Shown: positions 26,291-38,068, counted from the first letter of the stretch. The stretch: 41,271 nucleotides of DNA from Candidatus Brocadiia bacterium (GCA_046538485.1 JBKHIT010000044.1:1-41271); one strand, 5' to 3'. Program-made: numbers and translations. The notes: generated from the sequence alone by a model not told the origin.

Positions 26291-27136
26291 ATGAGGCTCG
26301 GTTACCTGACACAGTTAACGGAAGAAGAGGCAAGAAGAGCCGCCACCATCGGCTACGATTGTCTGGAAGCCCATGGGCCATGGGAAATGGATGAAATACG
26401 ACTGAAAAACGACCGCAAAAGGGAAATCGCACGGGTTCAGGCTTTCCTCGAAGAAACAGGCATCAGTATTTCAGCCATCGCGATTTTCCGACCAGGCTAC
26501 GAAGACCCCAAACCGCGGGTCAAACGTTACCGGGCCTATATCAAACTCTGCGCGGAAATGGGGATCGACACCATAACTACTCTCAGCGGCGGCGTGGAGA
26601 ATGGGACGCTTGAGGAAAATCTCGATTATTTTGAGGATGTCTTCTCACGCGCAGTTTCCACGGCCGAAGATAAAGGTGTGCGAATCGCGTTCGAGAATTG
26701 GCCGGGGCTCCGGGGTACTTTCCCTCCTATTCAAACCGTCAATTTCGCCTTTTCGCCAGGGGCGTGGGAACAGATGTTCGATCGGGTAAAATCGAAAATG
26801 ATCGGACTCGAATTCGATCCTTCTCATCTTGTCTGGCAGGGAATGGATTGGGCAAAAGTTCTCCGACGATTTGCCAATCGCGTTTACCATGTCCACGCAA
26901 AAGATACCGAGATTATGCAGGACAAACTTAAAACAGACGGTTTCTTCTCCGCTGGCTGGTGGAGATACCGGCTCCCCGGATACGGCCGTGTGGACTGGCA
27001 TAAACTGACCAGCATACTCAAAGAGATCGGTTACGACGGTGGAATTTGCGTGGAACACGAGGATCCAGTCTTCACCGGTGATCGGTGGGAAGAAGGCCTT
27101 GTAAAAGCTCACAGCTACCTCCGTCCTCTCGTTTGA
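26291..27136 (+). CDS. Sugar phosphate isomerase/epimerase (xylose isomerase-like TIM barrel)
   Basis: IAFENWP, LEFDPSHL, HVHAKD, RLPGYGRVDW, GYDGGICVEHED. Confidence 0.9.
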   Translation: MRLGYLTQLTEEEARRAATIGYDCLEAHGPWEMDEIRLKNDRKREIARVQAFLEETGISISAIAIFRPGYEDPKPRVKRYRAYIKLCAEMGIDTITTLSGGVENGTLEENLDYFEDVFSRAVSTAEDKGVRIAFENWPGLRGTFPPIQTVNFAFSPGAWEQMFDRVKSKMIGLEFDPSHLVWQGMDWAKVLRRFANRVYHVHAKDTEIMQDKLKTDGFFSAGWWRYRLPGYGRVDWHKLTSILKEIGYDGGICVEHEDPVFTGDRWEEGLVKAHSYLRPLV

Positions 27137-27177
27137 GTCGTCGGAGTTTTTCCCCTAAAAATCTATGTCTTGTCTGA

Positions 27178-28965
27178 GTGACCCGCGATCCGGGGAGGGA
27201 AAAACGTTTGCGAACTGGTTCTCGGCTGGTGAAACACTGGGGTTTTCTGCGTAAAAAAGCCCGTTTTCTTGCTCCCCATATCAAAAAGTATCTTCCCTGG
27301 ATTCTTCTTGCGTTCGTGCTCGGCTTTTACGGGATGCTTCAGGCGAAGACGTTTACACCGGCTTACATGGAGGAGGATCCTGACGGGTATCTTTGGCTCG
27401 CAAAACGCATTGCAAGAGGCCAATCTCTAACCGTCGAACCGCCCGATCTTTTCCGATATCACTCGCACATCTGGGTGGAAAATGATCGGGGGCATGTCAT
27501 CCCGAAATTCGCTCCCGGTTATCCCCTCTTACTGGCGGCGGGTTACCGTTTGTTCGGCGATGAGGGGATGTTCGTCGTCAGCCCTGCCATGGGATTCTTG
27601 ACCCTTCTTGCGACATTTTTGTTGATAAGGGAATGGACGGACGGATTTGTGGCGCTTCTTGTTACCGTATCCCTGGCCGCGAATCGGATGTTTCTCTACT
27701 ACACGGGCTACTTGCTCACCCACGCCACCAACGTCTGTTTCGTAACCTGGGGGATGTATTTCCTGTGGAAATGGTTACGCAAACCGGGCCCTGTTTGGGC
27801 AACGTGCGCCGGTCTCTGTCTGGGATATGCCGCGACCGTTCGACACACCAGCGCGCTTGTTGTCCTATCGGGTATTCCCGCGGTAGCAGCCGTTATTCTG
27901 AGAGGAAGGCGGCAAGAAAATATTCCCTGGAAGGGAATTGTTGCGCTGATCCTGGCCGGTATAATATTTCCGCTTTTGTTGCTCGCATACAACAATTCCG
28001 TGTACGGGGGCATGTTCACGACCGGTTACCAGATGTCTGGAGAACAATTTGCCTTCTCTCTCGGGTATCTCAAAGACAATTTACCGGTATTGGTGGGTGG
28101 ATTAGCCAGCGAAATGTTGCCGTTCCTGTTCCCTTTGGGGCTGGCGGGGATCGTGTTGCTGGGCCACTGGCACGAACGCCTGATGCGGCTGCTCTGGTTC
28201 TGCCCCCTTCTTGTCGCCTATTCGGCCTATTACTGGTCAACCGATAGCCAGGCCTATTTCCGGTTTATGATCGTGACGATGCCTTTGCTTGCTGGGGCGG
28301 GGTACATGTTGATCGACCGCGCATGGCCACTGAAGTGGTTCAGTAACCACGACGACTCAATACCACCCGCCAAAAGATGGGGTCCTACCGCCGCCATGGT
28401 AACTCTGTGCGGGGCTCTCCTCATCACTGCACACGATCATGTCGGAAAAGCCTATGAGGGGCGGCTCTATGGCCACAACAGTCGGAATTTCGCCCGTGCT
28501 GTCCGCGGGCTCGCCGCACTTGTCGAATCGGATGCTGTTGTTTTCACCCGCCATCCATTTTCAAATTACGCGGGCACGAGAGAGTCCTGGACGCTCTATG
28601 ATCTGAACGCTTTCCAGCGAAAGTACGGGCGGCGCAAGTTCTCCCAACGTAAAGGGAGAGAAAGGTGGCCCCATAAACAACCGAGACGCCACCCGGAACG
28701 GACGGCGCGCTTTCGAAAATTCTACGATGAGACGAGCCAGGGAGAACTGACGCGGTTAAAACAAGAAATCATAAATACCGCCGCACGCAAGGGCAAACAG
28801 GTGGTATTCTTCGTTCGGAAAGGACGCAAAAGCTGGGAGCGGGAGACGTTACCACAGGGATGCAAACTTCAGTTAATCTGCGAGACCCAAATCTCATGGG
28901 AGCATTGGCGCAGACGGCCCCGGGATGAGGAATGGCATCTGTACGAACTGGAGTGCCAGGATTAA
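27178..28965 (+). CDS. Polytopic membrane glycosyltransferase (GT-C, ArnT/PMT-like)
   Basis: EEDPDGY loop after the first TM, PKFAPGYPLLLA, many TM helices; start position uncertain. Confidence 0.7.
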   Translation: MTRDPGREKRLRTGSRLVKHWGFLRKKARFLAPHIKKYLPWILLAFVLGFYGMLQAKTFTPAYMEEDPDGYLWLAKRIARGQSLTVEPPDLFRYHSHIWVENDRGHVIPKFAPGYPLLLAAGYRLFGDEGMFVVSPAMGFLTLLATFLLIREWTDGFVALLVTVSLAANRMFLYYTGYLLTHATNVCFVTWGMYFLWKWLRKPGPVWATCAGLCLGYAATVRHTSALVVLSGIPAVAAVILRGRRQENIPWKGIVALILAGIIFPLLLLAYNNSVYGGMFTTGYQMSGEQFAFSLGYLKDNLPVLVGGLASEMLPFLFPLGLAGIVLLGHWHERLMRLLWFCPLLVAYSAYYWSTDSQAYFRFMIVTMPLLAGAGYMLIDRAWPLKWFSNHDDSIPPAKRWGPTAAMVTLCGALLITAHDHVGKAYEGRLYGHNSRNFARAVRGLAALVESDAVVFTRHPFSNYAGTRESWTLYDLNAFQRKYGRRKFSQRKGRERWPHKQPRRHPERTARFRKFYDETSQGELTRLKQEIINTAARKGKQVVFFVRKGRKSWERETLPQGCKLQLICETQISWEHWRRRPRDEEWHLYELECQD

Positions 28966-28992
28966 GAAAAGAACCTCGATGAACTGCGCTTA

Positions 28993-31900
28993 TCACTGCG
29001 TCTCACCGTCTTGATCACCGCTATCTTTCTTAAGTCGGACGGGAAGTTCGGCATCGCTTCGGCGCATGTGGACGTCCATCTGGGGAAACGCAATTTCAAG
29101 CCCGGCTTCCCGGAACGCAGAATCGATACTTCGGTGGATTTCGTGTCCCACCTGGATACGGCTTTCAAGATCGGGGACGAACAGCCGCAGTTCCAGATTC
29201 AGGCAGCTATCACCGAAACCCTCAAAAACGACTTTAGGCGGTGGCTCTTCCAGCACAACCGGATGCGATTTAGCGATCTCAAGGAGGGTCTCTTCCGCCA
29301 GCTCGACGTCGGAACCGTACGCAACTCCGACCTGGAATTTCAGCCGGAGGACAGTATCGGAAAGAGACCAGTTTATCAGCCGGCCGGTCACAAATTCCCG
29401 GTTCGGAACCACGAGTTCTTTACGGTCCCAGTCGGTAATCGTAGTGGCTCGAATTCGTATGCGCGTGACCGTCCCGGAGGTCTCTCCAACCGTGACGGTA
29501 TCTCCAACACGCATCGGGCGCTCGAACAGGATAATGAGACCGGATATAAAATTCGCAAAGATCTCCTGCAGTCCGAATCCCAACCCAACGCCCATAGCGG
29601 CAACAAGCCACTGGACTTTTGACCATCCCAGACCAATCTGCCCGAAGGCGAGGATCGCCCCGACAGCGATTATACAGTAGCGCGAAAGCGTCGTGATAGC
29701 GAAAGATACTCCGCGGTCCAGAGGCAGATTTTTGAGAACAAAGATATTGAGAAGCCCCGGGACATTGCGCGTAGCAATCACTGTGAGCACTACGATAATG
29801 AGCGCTCCAAAGCAATCTGCAAGCGTAATCGGAATAGTTTGCTCAATGGCTTCGGTGGCTTCCCCCGCTCCGTCCGCACCGACTTTCGCCGTAATTGACC
29901 ACAGCTCGACTTGTTCCAGAATTCCGAGGGCAGGAACAATTTCGGACCAGATCATCCACAATCCAATCAACAGGCCGAAACCCAGGCCGGCGGCAACGAA
30001 ACGTCGTGTTTGCTGGCTGAGTGTGTAGAGGCTTTGTTCTCCTTCGGGTTCCTCGGCAGGCAGAAACTCCGTTCCGTCGGTGCTTGTTTCTTTCTGATCC
30101 TCTTCTTCGCGCCGTTCCTCAGCTTCTTTGACAGCCAGCCGCCGGCGTTGAAGGACCAGCCACCGCACAACAACGGCATTCGCGAAGCCGGCCGTAACGA
30201 AAAGAAGGGTTGTCCAAAACAATCGACGTCCCAGCTCGGTTGCCGTATGGTAATATCCGAAGGCCGCTGCAACCGTCAGGCAAATTGGGAGGAGTATAAT
30301 AAGCCCGTAAAGCAAATAGCGTATTCGCTGGAGATAGCTTTCGCGGTGCCGCCGCATATAAGCACGCACGAGCGGAGCGGAAGGACGGAACGCCAGGGCA
30401 AAAAATATCGCAGCAGAAGAAGTCTCAATCATAAAAGCAATTCGTCCGAGTGATTCCTGCCAGGCTGTGTTGGGCTGATAATTGAACGAGCCGTGGAGCG
30501 CGCAAACCGTCACGAAAATGCACATAAACCAGGCAAGATGCCGTCTCATAAATCGGGCAGCTTCTTCTCGGAGGCGAAAATGTTTATCAACCAGGCCATT
30601 TTCGAAACACATAACTCTGAGAAACTGAAGGAGCAAAAAGAAACCCGCTCCCAGTCTCAGTCCTGCACCAACGGAACGTGCAAACGGGCTGGCTGTCACA
30701 GGAGCCCCCATCTTCCAGCCGATGAACCAGAGTAAACCCGGCCAGAGGAGAGCAAAAGCCATCGTCATACCGATCGCTTCCAGGGTATAGCTGAATTTAT
30801 CCTCAGGGGTCTTATGGAGTCTCTCCGCCGTCTTCACCAACCGCGATCGTATCGGCGAGCGGGCCCAAATCAATACGAGTAAAATAATCAGAGCCGCAAC
30901 TGCGACTCCGGGGGATGTTCCCAACCCGTGCCAGAAAGCCCGACCGGCCTGTCGCCAGTTTCCGGGGTCAACTAACCAGGCAAGAGCCGCGAATGCTTTC
31001 CGGAAAGTGTCCGAGGCCAGGTGCTGAGTGTTCTGGACCCAGAGAACGCGTTCGCCGATATATTCTCCGTATTCCCGCACCGTCGAAACCAATCCACGCT
31101 CAACAATCTGCAGGTCCACAAGCTGGCCAAAATAGCGGTTATAATCACGGATCAATGCATCCAGGTATTCCCGCCGTCGGCTCAGAAGTTCCCGGGCGGC
31201 GCTACGAATCTTCTCCTGTGATGGCGCCTGCCTTCCCAGAGAGATTTCGGACATCAGCTCACTGACCGCCCGGTTCAAATCGGCCAGGTTCGACCGTTGT
31301 TCTTCCAGTTCTATTAAATGGAACTGAACATTGGCCATTTTGGCACGTCTTTGCTTGATTTTCCGACGGTGTACCGGCAGCTGAGGAAGATTCGCTTCTT
31401 TTCGCAGCAGCAGCCTCCCGATAGCATTTGCGAGACCCGCAGCTTCGACTTTTTCTTTAACCATGGAGAACTCTTCCTCCAGTTTCGCCAATTTGCCCTG
31501 CAATTCATCAAGGGTGGAAGAGGTGGTTTTAATTTCTGCCAGCAGCCCCTCGGGCCCGGTCCGTTGTTGGACCAATTGCTGATTTTCGCTGGCAATTTCT
31601 CCCAATCGAGAGTGAAGCTCGCTCATCTGTTCCGTGGTCTCAACCGCTTCCTCTGCCGTTTCCTGAGCTTCTTTCTGCCTTCGGTTCGAGACAATTTCCC
31701 GCCATTTTTCCGCCAGATGTCTGTAATGTGCGACGCGACGGGCGGCCAGCTCTCGGCGCGTGGCAAGCAATTCCCGCCGTGCATCGTAGCTGCGAAGTTC
31801 TTCCTCATACGCTGCCAGTTGCGTTCTGATGTCTTGCGCGCGTGACCGGAGTAAAAGATACTCAGCACGGCCTGTTCGGTCGGAAGCCGGCGGTCTGGAT

Positions 31901-32463
31901 GTCGCCTCAATCTGTTCTTCAAGCGCCTCCAGCTGTTTCCTGGTCTCAACCTGCAAATCAGCGAGTTCCGCTCGCCGTTCGGCACGGCGTTTGAGTTCCG
32001 CATCGAGTTGCGCAACCTCTTCCCTGGTATTTTTAAAAGCGGCCCGGACACCGTTGAGTCGGGTTTCCAATTCGTCAAAAGACGCTTTTTCCGGAACATC
32101 AGGTTCGGGCTCGGGAACAATCTGCTCCAATTTCTGTTTGAGCTGTTTGAGTTTCGCTGGGGCGTTCTCACGCTCCCGGGTCAGCGTGTTTATCCGTTCC
32201 CGATTCTGGGCAGCTGACTGTAAATTCTCCTTGATCCGCACGTAAAGATTTTCGAGCTTTGTCCTGGTTTCTTCCGTCAGGTCATCCTCGGCCTTAATTT
32301 GCTCGATGCGCTGGTCGATCTGCTGGGGTGTGGAAAGTTCCTGTTCCCCGATTGCATCGGGCTCTCCCCCAGGTTCTCCGGCCGTCAGAGGCCGGACAAA
32401 AAAACACATTAGAGTGCATAGCCAGAGACAAAGAAGCAATCTGTGCAAATAATAATTTTTCAT
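28993..32463 (-). CDS. Large MscS-family mechanosensitive channel (MscK/KefA-like)
   Basis: Signal peptide, long coiled coil, TM region, GLGFGLQEIFANFISGLIILFERPMRVGD, DWDRKELVVPN, IAFPQMDVH; likely start MKNYY at 32463. Confidence 0.92.
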   Translation of the reverse strand: MKNYYLHRLLLCLWLCTLMCFFVRPLTAGEPGGEPDAIGEQELSTPQQIDQRIEQIKAEDDLTEETRTKLENLYVRIKENLQSAAQNRERINTLTRERENAPAKLKQLKQKLEQIVPEPEPDVPEKASFDELETRLNGVRAAFKNTREEVAQLDAELKRRAERRAELADLQVETRKQLEALEEQIEATSRPPASDRTGRAEYLLLRSRAQDIRTQLAAYEEELRSYDARRELLATRRELAARRVAHYRHLAEKWREIVSNRRQKEAQETAEEAVETTEQMSELHSRLGEIASENQQLVQQRTGPEGLLAEIKTTSSTLDELQGKLAKLEEEFSMVKEKVEAAGLANAIGRLLLRKEANLPQLPVHRRKIKQRRAKMANVQFHLIELEEQRSNLADLNRAVSELMSEISLGRQAPSQEKIRSAARELLSRRREYLDALIRDYNRYFGQLVDLQIVERGLVSTVREYGEYIGERVLWVQNTQHLASDTFRKAFAALAWLVDPGNWRQAGRAFWHGLGTSPGVAVAALIILLVLIWARSPIRSRLVKTAERLHKTPEDKFSYTLEAIGMTMAFALLWPGLLWFIGWKMGAPVTASPFARSVGAGLRLGAGFFLLLQFLRVMCFENGLVDKHFRLREEAARFMRRHLAWFMCIFVTVCALHGSFNYQPNTAWQESLGRIAFMIETSSAAIFFALAFRPSAPLVRAYMRRHRESYLQRIRYLLYGLIILLPICLTVAAAFGYYHTATELGRRLFWTTLLFVTAGFANAVVVRWLVLQRRRLAVKEAEERREEEDQKETSTDGTEFLPAEEPEGEQSLYTLSQQTRRFVAAGLGFGLLIGLWMIWSEIVPALGILEQVELWSITAKVGADGAGEATEAIEQTIPITLADCFGALIIVVLTVIATRNVPGLLNIFVLKNLPLDRGVSFAITTLSRYCIIAVGAILAFGQIGLGWSKVQWLVAAMGVGLGFGLQEIFANFISGLIILFERPMRVGDTVTVGETSGTVTRIRIRATTITDWDRKELVVPNREFVTGRLINWSLSDTVLRLKFQVGVAYGSDVELAEETLLEIAKSHPVVLEEPPPKVVFEGFGDSCLNLELRLFVPDLESRIQVGHEIHRSIDSAFREAGLEIAFPQMDVHMRRSDAELPVRLKKDSGDQDGETQ

Positions 32464-32826
32464 CCGGATTGTTCCTGACAAATTAATTCCGCGGCCGAGC
32501 CAGAGCGCACCCACTGTCACGCACGTGGAGCCACTTGTTCTCACAGTACCATCAGTTTATTTTAGGTCTGTTTTCACTTAAGGCAAGTTCGATGGCTTCC
32601 AATTCCATGGCTTCGGCCACCAAATGTAAGAGGGGTTTCCTTGAAAACACACTACTTTCCGTGCATATTGTGGCGGTAGGGCAATTGTTTACAACGCCCT
32701 CCGAAAGCTTGCACAATATTGAAAGACCCTTTTCTGCTGCCCAGAGAATAACCTGAGCAATGATATCCGCAGCCTTTGATCCCCTACGACCGTCGTGAAA
32801 CAACGCAGTGACTCCGGGAGTCCTGA

Positions 32827-34161
32827 ATGAGCGCGCAATACAACGCACACCTCCGATGCTTTGCCGGTTGCGATGAGCAATACGGTTGCGACGAAGTTGT
32901 GTACCGATGCAAGAAGTGCAACAGTTTACTGGAAGTCAAACACGACTTGGGCGCCCTCAAACAGCGATCGGCACCGGAATGGAAAGAACTTTTCGGGAAC
33001 CGGTGGGGGGATCCGAGCGGTCCGCTCTCCAGCGGCGTGTGGGGAAAAAAAGAGTGGGTTTGTCCGGAAGTTGATGATGGCAATATCGTATCTCTGCAGG
33101 AGGGTAAGACGGCTCTATTGCGATTGGAGCGTTTTGGTGCGGAGATCGGCGTCCCAGACCTTTTTGTAAAACTCTGCGGAAATTCTCATACCGGTTCGTT
33201 CAAGGATCTCGGCCTGACCGTTCTTGTTAGTATGGTGCAACAGATGCGCGCCAATGGTCAGGATATCCCGGCCGTGGCCTGCGCATCAACCGGCGACACA
33301 TCCGCTGCGCTGGCCGCCTATTGTGCGCGCGCCGGAATTCAATCCGTGGTTTTCCTTCCCCGTGGAAAAATCAGCCCTTCGCAACTCGTCCAGCCCGTCG
33401 CAAACAATGCACTGACCCTCGCTCTTGATACGGATTTCGATGGTTGTATGGAACTGGTTCAGGAAGTGACAAGCCGTGAGAATATCTACCTGGCCAACTC
33501 AATGAATAGCCTGCGCATTGAAGGACAGAAGACGGTTTCCATTGAAATCGTCCAGCAGCTCGGGTGGGAAGTGCCCGACTGGATTATCATCCCTGGTGGG
33601 AACCTCGGCAATGTCAGCGCTCTGGGATTGGGTTTTGAAATGATGCGGGACCTCGGGCTTATCAAGCGTGTCCCGCGTATCTGTTGTGCCCAGAGCTCCC
33701 AAGCCAATCCTCTATATCGAAGCTTCCTGCAGGATTTCGGAGATTTTGAGCCCGTCCAGGCGAAGAAGACTCTGGCCAGCGCCATTCAAATTGGTAACCC
33801 CGTCAGCATCTGGAAAGCCATCAAAACACTCAAAACATTCGGTGGTGTCGTCGAGCAAGCTACGGAACAGGAATTGGCCAACGCCAGCGCCCGAGCCGAC
33901 CGCGTGGGGCTTTTTACCTGTCCTCATACCGGAGTCGCCCTTGCCGCCCTATTCAAACTCATCGACAGAGGGGAAATTACTGCCGATGACCGTGTTGTGG
34001 TGATTTCCACCGCCCACGGGCTTAAATTCCCGGATTTCAAGATCGACTATCATTGGGATCGTCTTGATGGAATCAGCAGCCGACATGCCAATCCACCAAT
34101 TGAAATAGCCGCCGATTACGACGCGGTTGTTTCGGCAATATACAAGCGCCTGGAAGACTAA
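32827..34161 (+). CDS. thrC: Threonine synthase
   Basis: [52 protein letters not shown]. Confidence 0.95.
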   Translation: MSAQYNAHLRCFAGCDEQYGCDEVVYRCKKCNSLLEVKHDLGALKQRSAPEWKELFGNRWGDPSGPLSSGVWGKKEWVCPEVDDGNIVSLQEGKTALLRLERFGAEIGVPDLFVKLCGNSHTGSFKDLGLTVLVSMVQQMRANGQDIPAVACASTGDTSAALAAYCARAGIQSVVFLPRGKISPSQLVQPVANNALTLALDTDFDGCMELVQEVTSRENIYLANSMNSLRIEGQKTVSIEIVQQLGWEVPDWIIIPGGNLGNVSALGLGFEMMRDLGLIKRVPRICCAQSSQANPLYRSFLQDFGDFEPVQAKKTLASAIQIGNPVSIWKAIKTLKTFGGVVEQATEQELANASARADRVGLFTCPHTGVALAALFKLIDRGEITADDRVVVISTAHGLKFPDFKIDYHWDRLDGISSRHANPPIEIAADYDAVVSAIYKRLED

Positions 34162-34221
34162 CCCGCATTTCTCACGAACCTTAAAGAAAACTTGTCATAA
34201 AAGGAAGGGCAAGTTACACCG

Positions 34222-35088
34222 ATGAAATATTTTATGACAGTCGTTTTCATGCTGACTCTCGTTGTTTGTGTGACGGTACCGGGGCTGGCTGGTGAGGATG
34301 AAGTTGCCCGTCTCAAAAAGAAAATAGAAAACCTGAAAGCCAGAATTGATACGCTCGAGAAACAACTCGAGGGAACCGCGAAACCGGTTAACCTTGCCCG
34401 CACGACTCTCGCTCGAGTCAAGGGCTCTTCCGTTAACGGAGCCCGCCCCCTGGACGATCCTTACTACGGCGTTCTCAATGCGTTCGACGACGGCCAGAAC
34501 TTCATGGATGGCGTCAATTACAGTTACTGGCTCAGCGGACGAGAAAACGCACCGTGGGTCGAGCTGCGGTTCAGCAAACCCGTCGTCCTCACCGAAATCC
34601 AGGTTGAAGGAGGGCCGCCATTCGAGCCGCGTTTGTATATGGCCAGGGGCGGAGAAAGCAACCGCAAAAAAGTGGAGAAAAAAATCCATTTTGAAAACCC
34701 GGTGAGAGGAGTATCGGGAATTCGCCTGACCTTTGAAGGCAAAGGTACCACACGCGTGGAAGAAATCCGCGTGTTCGGGTTCCCCCCTCCTGGTGCGGAT
34801 TACGAAACGCGCCGACCGAACGTTATCCCCACCAGGCACAGCGCTATGCTGAGCGCCCGGGAAGCTTTTCAAACCTGGCAGCAAGAGATCTGGGCCGGTG
34901 TACATTCGAAAATCCGCGAGGCGCCCGGAGCGTTTATTATCACGTTTCGGCGCCAGGGACTTGATGTCTTCGAAGTCGTGGTCAATAAAGAGACAGGTAA
35001 AGCTCGTGCACAACCTCTGGTAAGACTGGCCCCACGCGAGCAAAAAGGACCACGCAAGAATAGACCTGAAGATCAAGGCCCTCTTTGA
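34222..35088 (+). CDS. Secreted hypothetical protein with a short coiled coil and a discoidin-like domain
   Basis: Signal peptide; VARLKKKIENLKARIDTLEKQL; NAFDDG...YW...PWVELRFSKPVVLTEI. Confidence 0.7.
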   Translation: MKYFMTVVFMLTLVVCVTVPGLAGEDEVARLKKKIENLKARIDTLEKQLEGTAKPVNLARTTLARVKGSSVNGARPLDDPYYGVLNAFDDGQNFMDGVNYSYWLSGRENAPWVELRFSKPVVLTEIQVEGGPPFEPRLYMARGGESNRKKVEKKIHFENPVRGVSGIRLTFEGKGTTRVEEIRVFGFPPPGADYETRRPNVIPTRHSAMLSAREAFQTWQQEIWAGVHSKIREAPGAFIITFRRQGLDVFEVVVNKETGKARAQPLVRLAPREQKGPRKNRPEDQGPL

Positions 35089-35356
35089 GCGAACTGCCCG
35101 GATCGTGTAGCCCGGAGTTTTCAAGGGGGCTCTTCGCTACAGTTTTCTGGCACCGCGTATGTTTTTCAAAAACTCTCCAAACACTACTCCCCCCCCGAGG
35201 ATACCGTTACAAGAACAACCTCTTTTGCTTCTTGAAACATCCGGCGCAGGGCTATTGGGGTCTGCCCGGGGGGCGAGGCTCACTGGCAAGCCCGATTCAG
35301 AATGCAGCAGATACAAAGCCCGGAGACCTGAACATGGGCTTCCGCCAGCACAACGT

Positions 35357-37813
35357 TCAGTTCTCAATTTTCCCGCCCGGCCCGACTTTCTCCTGCAGGT
35401 TCTGCAGCTGGGGGCTGGTAAAAAATCTGGGCTCATCATTACCCCGGTATTGGATTTTCACCGCGACAGCCCCTTCCGACTCAACGAGCGGGACAACAAG
35501 TCGGCCTTTTTTGCTCGTAAGAACGCTCCGGCGGCGGATTTGCCCGGTTGCGCATTCCATAATCATAACAGCGTATTTCCCCCCCAGCATCCCTCCCAGG
35601 GCAATCTCCTGTCCCCTGGGCAAAAGTGAGGTTCGCCCTTCGGGGTCAGCCTCTGTGTGCGCAGGCCAATGAAGCCACAAATAACAACTCTTATGATTGA
35701 GTAAACCCCGTACGGCCACTTCATTGTCTCCCGCCAGCAAAATCGCCGTCTCGATCAGCTTATAATTCTGGCTGCGCCGATCAATCCCCCGGGCAAAACG
35801 GGAAATCGGGGAAAAATAGCGGGCGAGGTTGTGGGGTCGGATATGAGAGTCCCACCACCACGGCATCGCATTGCCCCCGACAGGCAGCATGAAAGTCCCC
35901 CAGAGAGCGTCCCGCAATTCGCATCCGAACTGGTCTTTATTCGCCTCAGCGAGCGTGGAACCGCGCCCGTATTCAGCAATAAAATACGGTTTCTTCAGAC
36001 CGCGCATCTGGAGGTATTCTTTCACCACTCTGACCGGCACGTCCGGTCCGTAGAGATGAGCTGGTATGAAATCGATGGATCCGATCTGCCACAATGCTTT
36101 ACCGGTGACCTTCTGGGAGACGCTGGTGGTGACAAGGTGGTTATTGGGGTCGATCTTCTTCAAGTAAACGCTCATCTCCTTGTGCCATTCCACCACATCG
36201 TCGAAACTGCGGTACTGCGCCAGATCAACCTCATTGAACAATTCCCACGCAAAAAGATTTGGGGAATAGGAATACCGGGCGACCATGTAGTCGAGACGAC
36301 GCTTGAACAACTTTTTGGCTTCGGAATCCGTGAAGAACTCCGACTCAAGGTAACATGGTCCCCCATTCCGGGAATTGTAGGGGTTATTCTTCCAGGCTTT
36401 ACCCGTTAGCATATCGTGAGCCACAAGAACAAGTTGTATGCGTAACTCGTGCTGCCGGGCAAGCCGGAATATTCGATCCAAACGCATGCCGGCGTCCAGA
36501 TCGTAGCGACCCGGCTTTTGCTCGATCTTGAGGTTCCAGGGACAAAGCCAGACTCTCACGAAATTTTGGCCGGTTTCCTCTTGACGGCGAAAGTATGGCT
36601 CATAATCCTGCGCCCATGCGACATTTTGACCAATCGGATAAAAGAATTGACCCGTCTCAAATTCAAAATACCGCGGATCCTTGCGCGCCACCCGCACGAA
36701 CCCTTTTTCTTTTGAATCGGTCACGTAGAACCACCGGGTACGGCCCGAGTTCCTCCCTTCGGGGTTTTTAACACGAATCTGGAAAGTCCACCGACCGATT
36801 GCGGTCGGGGCGAAACGAATGAGAAAGATTGGCCACCCCCGTCCGAATTTTTCACTGTCGGCGTATCCGGCGAAAAAACCGCGCACGGTGCGGGTGCGGC
36901 CATCGGGAGCCGTAAAAACAGCTTCTACAAGTGCATCGTCTGGATCGAACAGATCTCCAAATGTGCCTTTAAACTGAACACCCAGCTCAAATTTGCGGTA
37001 TATCCCCACCCCCCGAGTCGGTTGATAAACTTCGATATCACTAGGGGCCGTCCGGCTCCAATCTTCGGGCGGTATTCCCTCGAACCTCAAATTGTCCACA
37101 AAAACCGTCGTGCTGTCCGATTCTCCCTGGTCCACAACGAGGTAAAACTGCTTCGTCTGATCTTTTGAGCCAAAGAAAGCCGTCTGGCTGTCGGTGTTTA
37201 TCAACTCCTTCAGCGAACAAGAAACGTCGCTGTTCCAGCCTTTTTGCAAATTCGCAAGAGAGGATTGATGCCACCCGTCACCGGTATCCTTGTACGCGAA
37301 AGAGAGTCGCACGCCCGCCTCCGACGCATAGACATCGACAAGCACTCGACGCAGCCCTTTCAGCTTGAGTTTCGCCCCCCGCCGCACAAGCACCCAGCCT
37401 TTGTTACGAAAACGTGCATCGATGCGCATCGAACGCTTGCCCTGCGAGCTGCGTTCTGAGGAAGATGATAGACGGGCGGGATCCCCGGCGCTATCAACAC
37501 TCCAGCCCGCTCGGGCCGGGCTGGTCTCGAAACCTTCCCACAGAAATCGGTTGCTGCGAGGTCCCTTTTCATCCGAAGCTGAAGGGTGAGAATCGAATTG
37601 GTTCCGCATCCTTCTCGCCGGTGGTCCAGCCGAAAGAAGTTCCGCGGGCAACTCCGGCTCCCCCGACGCCGCCCGGGCCGGCAAAAAATCCAGCAGCAGC
37701 GCCAAAAACAACCCTATCATCATTCTACGGACGGTGGGCAGGAGACGCCTGTTTGAATTTTCACCGGACATCACGGGCACCGATTGGCTGGACGGATCGT
37801 TGTGGCCGGGCAT
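35357..37813 (-). CDS. Secreted clan GH-A glycoside hydrolase with N-terminal carbohydrate-binding/Ig-like (DUF5060-like) domains
   Basis: AWELFNEVD (acid/base), YFIAEYG (nucleophile), GFVRV..DPRYFEFETG..FYPIGQN; true start may be a downstream Met. Confidence 0.8.
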   Translation of the reverse strand: MPGHNDPSSQSVPVMSGENSNRRLLPTVRRMMIGLFLALLLDFLPARAASGEPELPAELLSAGPPARRMRNQFDSHPSASDEKGPRSNRFLWEGFETSPARAGWSVDSAGDPARLSSSSERSSQGKRSMRIDARFRNKGWVLVRRGAKLKLKGLRRVLVDVYASEAGVRLSFAYKDTGDGWHQSSLANLQKGWNSDVSCSLKELINTDSQTAFFGSKDQTKQFYLVVDQGESDSTTVFVDNLRFEGIPPEDWSRTAPSDIEVYQPTRGVGIYRKFELGVQFKGTFGDLFDPDDALVEAVFTAPDGRTRTVRGFFAGYADSEKFGRGWPIFLIRFAPTAIGRWTFQIRVKNPEGRNSGRTRWFYVTDSKEKGFVRVARKDPRYFEFETGQFFYPIGQNVAWAQDYEPYFRRQEETGQNFVRVWLCPWNLKIEQKPGRYDLDAGMRLDRIFRLARQHELRIQLVLVAHDMLTGKAWKNNPYNSRNGGPCYLESEFFTDSEAKKLFKRRLDYMVARYSYSPNLFAWELFNEVDLAQYRSFDDVVEWHKEMSVYLKKIDPNNHLVTTSVSQKVTGKALWQIGSIDFIPAHLYGPDVPVRVVKEYLQMRGLKKPYFIAEYGRGSTLAEANKDQFGCELRDALWGTFMLPVGGNAMPWWWDSHIRPHNLARYFSPISRFARGIDRRSQNYKLIETAILLAGDNEVAVRGLLNHKSCYLWLHWPAHTEADPEGRTSLLPRGQEIALGGMLGGKYAVMIMECATGQIRRRSVLTSKKGRLVVPLVESEGAVAVKIQYRGNDEPRFFTSPQLQNLQEKVGPGGKIEN

Positions 37814-38068
37814 TCCGGCCGTTTTTATTATTGTATCGGTCCTCGACTCTCTCTGCCAACAGAGGGAGGATGTGTGGTCCCCTCTTTTTCCTCGTATGCG
37901 AAAAAACGGGAGGATATCACATTGCCTCCTAATTTTCCTGGTGGATGATGCTGATCTGATGACGCGTCTGCTTCCAGAGCCGATGGCTCATGCAGCCCAA
38001 CCGGCGCAGCCTGGGGATCGATGGCGGCGCCCGGTCAGCATCAACCCAGGACATCACTAAAATTCTCC

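Noticed and set aside
32552..32848. 98 aa minus-strand ORF between the channel gene and thrC
   Set aside because: Overlaps the thrC start, has no motif, and lies in a probable divergent promoter region.
34195..35124. 309 aa minus-strand ORF
   Set aside because: Antisense to 34222-35088, which has an RBS and a signal peptide.
35104..35142. TGTAGC...GCTACA possible GTAG REP between convergent genes
   Set aside because: Single short imperfect palindrome with no second copy seen.
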